Positions 58,697 through 64,000 of a stretch of DNA of 64,000 bases are shown here, in pieces. This stretch comes from an uncultured bacterium (GTDB lineage Bacteria > Verrucomicrobiota > Verrucomicrobiia > Verrucomicrobiales > DEV007), in NCBI GenBank assembly GCA_963977015.1, contig CAXBMO010000005.1, positions 96,001 through 160,000 on the forward strand, read 5' to 3'. The position numbers and the translations under genes are program-made. The notes under the pieces are model-generated. The model saw only the letters and a list, made by a program, of their open reading frames with translations. It was not told the DNA's origin and did no database searches. The first letter of the stretch is position 1. Every line of letters starts with the position of its first letter.

Positions 58697-59248
58697 ATGA
58701 ATCTGTTCGCTTTAATCGCAAACTCTGGAGGCTTTTTCTCCACCGTTGGTTCCATTCTCTTGATTGGCGCAGTTGTCATCGGGATGTGGTTCGCCTTCTT
58801 CGCCTCCGCCGAAGCCGGAGAACGGCTCGAACAACACCTGAACGGCACCCCTTCCGCGAAGGCGCTGAATCTGGTCGTCTACTTTTTCCTGCCCTGGCTC
58901 CTCGCGGCGACGTCGGTTTTACTTCTGTTCCAAATTAGCGATTGGATCCCCAAGGAACCCGACTCGTCCTTTCTTCAAAAGCTGAACTGGGCGTTGGCCA
59001 TAGCCAGCACGATTGGCTGGGCGTACGCCGCCATCGGCTTGGTAAAGTGGGATGTCTGCGGATGGGGAATGGCTCTCTTGCTCTATCCCGGCATGATCTT
59101 CGTTCCCGTCATCACCTTCAGCAACCTGCCGGAGGGATGGCAATTTCTGGCGCTGCCGATTCACACGACGCTCATCTTCGTGATCGGCGCCATCGGCTAC
59201 AACTCGAAAGCAAACCAGGAAATGCGTATCGCGATGAGCCTAGGGTAG
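58697..59248 (+). CDS. Hypothetical multi-pass membrane protein
   Basis: 183 aa with about 5 hydrophobic helices; follows motif B. Confidence 0.7.
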   Translation: MNLFALIANSGGFFSTVGSILLIGAVVIGMWFAFFASAEAGERLEQHLNGTPSAKALNLVVYFFLPWLLAATSVLLLFQISDWIPKEPDSSFLQKLNWALAIASTIGWAYAAIGLVKWDVCGWGMALLLYPGMIFVPVITFSNLPEGWQFLALPIHTTLIFVIGAIGYNSKANQEMRIAMSLG

Positions 59249-59283
59249 GAACTCCCAGCCTTCCAATTCCAACGAAAAATATC

Positions 59284-59712
59284 ATGATAAATGACCTCAC
59301 CTCCATCCTCACCGACTATTTCACCGTAGACACCATCCTGTCCTTCGCCATCCTCTTCCTCCCCGCTTTCATTGCTTGGTCTGTGATTGCCTGGTTCGAG
59401 CAACGCTCTTTTATCTTTGGCCGTTCCGAGGGTTTTCCTTGGTCACAGATCGCCTTCTCTGCGGTAGCAACGGCCGTGTTTATCGGAGGCCCCACTTTCT
59501 TTGGCTCCGTAATCCTCACACACGCTTGGAACGACGATTGGCGAGTGCATGGTTGGCAGTTTTCGTTTCTCCTCCTCGCAATCGGAATTACAGCCTACAT
59601 TTTTACCGTCCGTGGGAGCGAACCGCTCATTCTGACCGCACTCCCCTTGGGGTTATATCTTCTGCTGGTTTTCACAGCAACCTCCTTCTGGATCTCATCG
59701 GCTTTACGATAA
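59284..59712 (+). CDS. Hypothetical multi-pass membrane protein
   Basis: ATG 59284 (MINDLTS), about 4 hydrophobic helices; 35 nt after the previous gene. Confidence 0.65.
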   Translation: MINDLTSILTDYFTVDTILSFAILFLPAFIAWSVIAWFEQRSFIFGRSEGFPWSQIAFSAVATAVFIGGPTFFGSVILTHAWNDDWRVHGWQFSFLLLAIGITAYIFTVRGSEPLILTALPLGLYLLLVFTATSFWISSALR

Positions 59713-59811
59713 CTGCCAGGAAAAATCCGCGAAATTTCAGCCTTATCGTGCCAGCCCTTTCTCGGCGTTCGGTTCAGCTGATTCCCTTTCGCCAAAAAAC
59801 GAATCGCAATA

Positions 59812-59850
59812 TTCTAACCTTCCCGCCCCAGACCGGAAAGAAGGTGAGAA
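59812..59850 (+). promoter_or_regulatory. Bipartite motif copy C (candidate ECF promoter)
   Basis: TTCTAAC-N14-CCGGAAAGAAGGTGAGAA; ATG at 59875 or 59884 follows. Confidence 0.65.
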
Positions 59851-59883
59851 CCGATTAGTCTTCACACCAAGCTAATGATCCAA

Positions 59884-60549
59884 ATGAAAACCAAATACAC
59901 GATCCTTATTACGTTCACCTTCACCTTCGCCGCCTTAATCGCCCCGTTTGCCAACGCCCAGACATCTGCGAGGGAATACCAAAATCGCGGAGTGGAAAAA
60001 ACCAGGAATGGCGACCTTCGGGGGGCAATTGGGGATCTCGATCGAGCCATCCAAATCGATCCAAAACATGCGGACGCGTATGTCAATCGGGGCATAATCA
60101 AAAGTATTCTTGAAGACTACAAGGGAGCAATCTCGGACTACGAACACGCCTTGAGGATTGACCCGAATCTTGCCGAACCGGTCTACAACAATCGAGGAAA
60201 TGCCAGGAGGAAACTTGGAGATAACCAGGGAGCGATCGTGGATCTCAATCGAGTGCTTAACATCAACCCAAAACACGCCAGCGCATACCTAAATCGAGGT
60301 ATTGCGAGGCACTCCATGGGCGACAACGAGGGTGCCTACGCGGATTTCAGCCGCGCGATCCAGATCAATCCAAAGCTTGTGGACGCAACTTACAATCGAG
60401 CCATTCTCAGATACAATTCAGGTGACTACGAAGGCGCATTGATTGACGCCTCCAGGGTCATCGAGATTGCTCCAAATCATTCAAACGCACAGAACGTTCG
60501 CAAATTCGCCCGGGAAAAGATGAAAAGACAAACTCTCTTGGATCAATAG
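59884..60549 (+). CDS. Secreted tetratricopeptide-repeat protein (5 TPRs), paralog of 58092..58490
   Basis: Signal peptide ...ANA-QTSA; repeats YxNRG...A(I/L)xIxP. Alternative start at 59875. Confidence 0.85.
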   Translation: MKTKYTILITFTFTFAALIAPFANAQTSAREYQNRGVEKTRNGDLRGAIGDLDRAIQIDPKHADAYVNRGIIKSILEDYKGAISDYEHALRIDPNLAEPVYNNRGNARRKLGDNQGAIVDLNRVLNINPKHASAYLNRGIARHSMGDNEGAYADFSRAIQINPKLVDATYNRAILRYNSGDYEGALIDASRVIEIAPNHSNAQNVRKFAREKMKRQTLLDQ

Positions 60550-60737
60550 AACAGCCAACAACGGACATCCGGAAATCCTTATTGTTTCATAATCAGTAGC
60601 CATCCGGTTTTGTCAATCTCGCTGCGAAGCCCGTCTGGGCGCGAAACGGTCTGGATGTCCACATCGGTCGCCGTATTCCGCCCACCATACGAAGCAAAGC
60701 TGGTCTGACCAATATTCCCAAAGAAACGAAATCGTTT

Positions 60738-60777
60738 TTCTACCCCTGGCAGGCGATTTCGGAAAGCAGGGAGTGAA
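60738..60777 (+). promoter_or_regulatory. Bipartite motif copy D (candidate ECF promoter) without an immediately following ORF
   Basis: TTCTACC-N14-TCGGAAAGCAGGGAGTGAA; 3' half identical to copy A. Confidence 0.55.
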
Positions 60778-60968
60778 GGCAATCGATTTGCCTGAAACCG
60801 AAGATACAAGGACGGCGCGAGGACTTCCCAACTTCACCACCTTTCGCGCCCGAATCCTCTTCCACTTCGGTGGGCTCTATCATTATCCCGCATCCTGAAT
60901 CTCACAACAAATCCTCAAGCGCCAATTTGATTTTTGCCGGATTTCCGATTCATTCGGGCTCCCAATTT

Positions 60969-63900
60969 ATGAATATTACCAGATCGTCGGGTTTTCGGCT
61001 TATTATCCTCTGTTTTTCTGCCGTTGTCGGTTCTGCTTTTTTGATCAATGCGCAGACTCCCGAAGCGCCAAAATCAAAACCGCTCAAAGCGTTGCTCGTT
61101 GCCGGGGGGTGCTGTCATGACTACGCCGGCCAACACGAAGTTCTTTTCAAAGGAATTCAGGAACGTGCCAATGTGCAGGTCGACGTCTGGTGGACCGATG
61201 ACAAATCAGTCAACCCGCCACTGCCACTTTATGACAATCCTGATTGGGCAAAAGGCTATGATGTGATCATTCACGACGAATGTGCCGCCGGAAATCGCGA
61301 CCTGAAAGTTCTGGATAACATTCTGGAAGCGCACAAAACGATTCCATCGATTCACCTCCACTGCGCGATGCACAGCTTTCGCGGAAAAACCGACAAGTGG
61401 TTCAAACATCTCGGAATTCAGTCTTCAAGCCACGGGCCTCAGGAGCCGATTGACATCGAGTTCATCGACAAAAAGCATCCCATTGTTGAGACTCTGGAGG
61501 ATTGGACAACGATTAATGAGGAGCTCTACAACAATGTGAATGTTTTTGATGCGCAGCCCCTCGCGATGGGCACGCAGAAATACACCAGAAAAGGTGAGGC
61601 AAAGGAAGACGCGGCGATCGTTGTTTGGGTGAACGAAAAGCAGGGTGCGCGGAGCTTTTCAACCACGCTGGGCCACAACACGGAAACGGTTCAGGACGGG
61701 CGTTATCTGGATCTGGTGACTCGCGGATTGCTCTGGTCGATGGACCAATTGAACGCAGATTATCTGGGGAAAGCCTTCACCGGTGAGAACAAGGTTACGT
61801 TTCTGCCGAAAGTCGACGCCCCAAAACCGGAGCCGAAAGCGGCCATGGGAGCTGCGCCGAAAGACGCCACCCTGGCGAAAGTCACCGCGAGCACCGAGGA
61901 AACCGGAAAGAACAATTTTGCCTGGCGCGCTATTGATGGCGACAAAAATACCCGCTGGTGTGCCGGAAACGGGAACAAACCGCAGTGGCTTCAATTGGAA
62001 TTTGAGAAGCAGCAAACGCTCTCCGGCGCAAAGATTGCCTGGGAAAGCGGTGGCACGGCCTACCAATACAAAATCGAAGGTTCCGCAGACGGAAAATCAT
62101 GGAACGTGCTGACGGACGCTGCTGACAACAAAACAAACGGTGACTCTGAAAGCACGTTCTCTGCAAAAGCGGTTCGTTTTGTAAAAGTCACCTGCACCGG
62201 CACAACCAATCCGGGCAACTGGGCCAGCATCCGGGAATTCACCTTGAAAGGCGAAGGCATCAAATCGCTCTACCCGAAGCTTGACGAAAAACAGAAAGAG
62301 ACTGCGATAAAGGCTGAGAAAGCTGAAAGTGATCCTTATGCGAAAGCGGGAAACATTCCGCCGAAAATCGTAGCGCTGACTGAGAAAGAGGAAAAGGACA
62401 TCCTCAGCAACGTCAAAGTTCCGGAAGGTTTCGACGTTTCAGTTTTCTCGGATTGGCGCAGTGCAAATTATCCTGTTTATGTCGCAGCCGCCCCGAACGG
62501 CGACCTTTATGTTTCCAGTGACGGCAATGGCTCGCTGGGCCGGAATGCGGGTCGTGGTCGCGTTCTTCGTCTGCGTGACACCGATCATGACGGAACCGCT
62601 GACGAGGTCACTGAATTTGTCAAAGACGTCGATTCTCCACGCGGATTGATCTGGGATCAGGACCGGCTTTACCTGCTGCATCCGCCGCACATTTCAGTTT
62701 ATTTTGATAAAGACGGCGACGGTGTCGCCGAAGATTCCAAGCGTCTTATTGAAGGCATTGCTTTCGGATTTGCAGATCGTCCGGCGGATCACACCACCAA
62801 CGGACTTGATATGGGAATTGATGGCTGGATTTACATCGCGGGCGGTGATTTCGGTTTCATGAAGGCAAAAGGAACTGATGGCACCGAACTGCAGCATCGC
62901 GGCGGTGGCGTGATTCGTTTCCGCCCCGACGGCTCCGGTTTGGAAATATTCGCAACCGGAACCCGGAACATCCTCGGAACTCCGATCAGCCCACTGCTCG
63001 ACATTTTCGCCCGCGACAACACCAACGACGGTGGCGGCTGGGACGTGCGGTTTCATCATTTCACCGGTCTGGAAGACCATGGTTACCCCCGCCTTTACAA
63101 AAATTTCGGTGAAGAACACATCCAGCCGCTCGCAGATTACGGTGGCGGGTCGGGATGTGGTTCCGTTTACATTTCAGAACCCGGTTTCCCGGCAGCCTGG
63201 AACAACGCGCCGTTCACTTGCGACTGGGGAACCGGTGCTCTGTGGCAACACTCCGTTCAGCGAAAAGGCGCCACCTTTGAAGAAACGAAAGCTCCTGAGC
63301 CTTTCATTAAAATGACCCGCCCCACCGACGCGGATGTCGACGGAATGAGCGCCGTTTATCAGGCAAGCTGGCGTGGGCCGGCGACGTTCAAGTGGGCCGG
63401 GCCGGAGGCCGGTTACATTGTGAAAGTGACGCCGAAGGATTTTAAACCCGAGCCCCTTCCCGATTTCAAAAAGATGAGCAATGCGGAACTCGTAGCGGCA
63501 CTGGATTCACCAAGCCGGATCCGGACAATGGCGGCACAGCGCGCACTGCTACGACGGGACCTTCAAGAGGAAACCACAGAAGGCCTCCTCGCTCTGGCTC
63601 AGAACCCCGAAAAGCCGCTCGAAGCCCGCGTCGCCGCGGTCTATGCGATTGCCCTGTCTGAAGAAAGTGCCGCTGCTCTCAGCGCCCTCATCGAAATCGC
63701 AAAAACAGACGTGGCCATTGCCCCTTTCGCGACCCGCGCACTGGGTGATTTGAAATTCGCCAATGGAGATATTCCAAAAGCGGCTCAGGATCTTGTTGCC
63801 GGCGGATTCTCATCCGGCGACCCGCGGACCGCGACGGAGGCAATCATTTCTGCGGCCCGCCTGGGGATGAGTTCTGCAGCCGACGGAATCGCAAACCTGC

Positions 63901-64000
63901 TCGGCAGTGATGACCCGCAAATCAGCCACGTCGCATTTCGCGCGCTTGCAAAACTCGGCGCCAGCGAAGCCGCCCTCGCAAAGCTCGATTCTGACACCCA
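60969..64000 (+). CDS. Large secreted PVC-type protein: ThuA-like domain + discoidin (F5/8C) + sorbosone-dehydrogenase-like beta-propeller + HEAT repeats (partial)
   Basis: Missing from the ORF track because it has no stop in the window. Hand translation at spot-checked positions: MNITRSS...signal, LLVAGGCCHDY (ThuA-like), AWRAIDGDKNTRWCA (discoidin), ANYPVYVAAAPNGDLYVSSDGNGSLG (propeller), and helical HEAT-like repeats near 64000, all in the same frame. Confidence 0.8.
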   Translation, partial: MNITRSSGFRLIILCFSAVVGSAFLINAQTPEAPKSKPLKALLVAGGCCHDYAGQHEVLFKGIQERANVQVDVWWTDDKSVNPPLPLYDNPDWAKGYDVIIHDECAAGNRDLKVLDNILEAHKTIPSIHLHCAMHSFRGKTDKWFKHLGIQSSSHGPQEPIDIEFIDKKHPIVETLEDWTTINEELYNNVNVFDAQPLAMGTQKYTRKGEAKEDAAIVVWVNEKQGARSFSTTLGHNTETVQDGRYLDLVTRGLLWSMDQLNADYLGKAFTGENKVTFLPKVDAPKPEPKAAMGAAPKDATLAKVTASTEETGKNNFAWRAIDGDKNTRWCAGNGNKPQWLQLEFEKQQTLSGAKIAWESGGTAYQYKIEGSADGKSWNVLTDAADNKTNGDSESTFSAKAVRFVKVTCTGTTNPGNWASIREFTLKGEGIKSLYPKLDEKQKETAIKAEKAESDPYAKAGNIPPKIVALTEKEEKDILSNVKVPEGFDVSVFSDWRSANYPVYVAAAPNGDLYVSSDGNGSLGRNAGRGRVLRLRDTDHDGTADEVTEFVKDVDSPRGLIWDQDRLYLLHPPHISVYFDKDGDGVAEDSKRLIEGIAFGFADRPADHTTNGLDMGIDGWIYIAGGDFGFMKAKGTDGTELQHRGGGVIRFRPDGSGLEIFATGTRNILGTPISPLLDIFARDNTNDGGGWDVRFHHFTGLEDHGYPRLYKNFGEEHIQPLADYGGGSGCGSVYISEPGFPAAWNNAPFTCDWGTGALWQHSVQRKGATFEETKAPEPFIKMTRPTDADVDGMSAVYQASWRGPATFKWAGPEAGYIVKVTPKDFKPEPLPDFKKMSNAELVAALDSPSRIRTMAAQRALLRRDLQEETTEGLLALAQNPEKPLEARVAAVYAIALSEESAAALSALIEIAKTDVAIAPFATRALGDLKFANGDIPKAAQDLVAGGFSSGDPRTATEAIISAARLGMSSAADGIANLLGSDDPQISHVAFRALAKLGASEAALAKLDSDT

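Noticed and set aside
58942-59283. N-terminal extension of the 58942..59712 ORF
   Set aside because: It overlaps the preceding membrane gene in another frame; the hydrophobic protein begins at ATG 59284.
58012-60777. Integron attC sites (TTCTAAC resembles the RYYYAAC core)
   Set aside because: No matching GTTRRRY or hairpin, the motifs sit just before start codons rather than after stops, and there is no integrase in the window.
1-64000. tRNA, rRNA, riboswitch, IS or prophage genes
   Set aside because: None recognised by eye; an Rfam or tRNAscan search would be needed to exclude small RNAs.

Overview
Bacterial chromosomal window, probably Verrucomicrobiota/PVC. This is inferred from the gene families present: a kinase-associated ECF sigma factor, a ThuA+discoidin+propeller+HEAT protein, a MoxR/DUF58 pair, and GlnII. 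In order, the window holds: orphan HicB, a secreted PLA2-like protein and a catalytically degenerate trypsin-like protein; tctA plus a tctC-tctB fusion; FHA-MoxR/DUF58 divergent from a tandem-pseudokinase/Sel1 membrane protein; clpS-DUF2017-MoaD/ThiS-BNR propeller; nuoH-N with a perfect Rex-type operator; an L/F-transferase-like gene; two giant paralogous two-partner-secretion exoproteins built from IGHGG repeats; VOC, M23 peptidase, an orphan NuoE-NuoF fusion, deoC, a Cys-less thioredoxin, glnII and ribA; and a nested REP/BIME-like palindrome cluster. The most notable region is 51.6-60.8 kb. It contains an ECF sigma factor divergent from a Ser/Thr kinase with three 317-aa extracytoplasmic repeats, and a TIR-FHA gene bracketed by a duplicated kinase 3' end. 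These are followed by TPR and membrane genes. A fixed-spacing bipartite motif (CTAAC-N13/14-CCGGAAAG) occurs five times, before the kinase and the downstream units, and is a candidate local ECF regulon. No tRNA, rRNA, CRISPR array or transposase was recognised. All family calls come from motif recognition by eye, not database searches.
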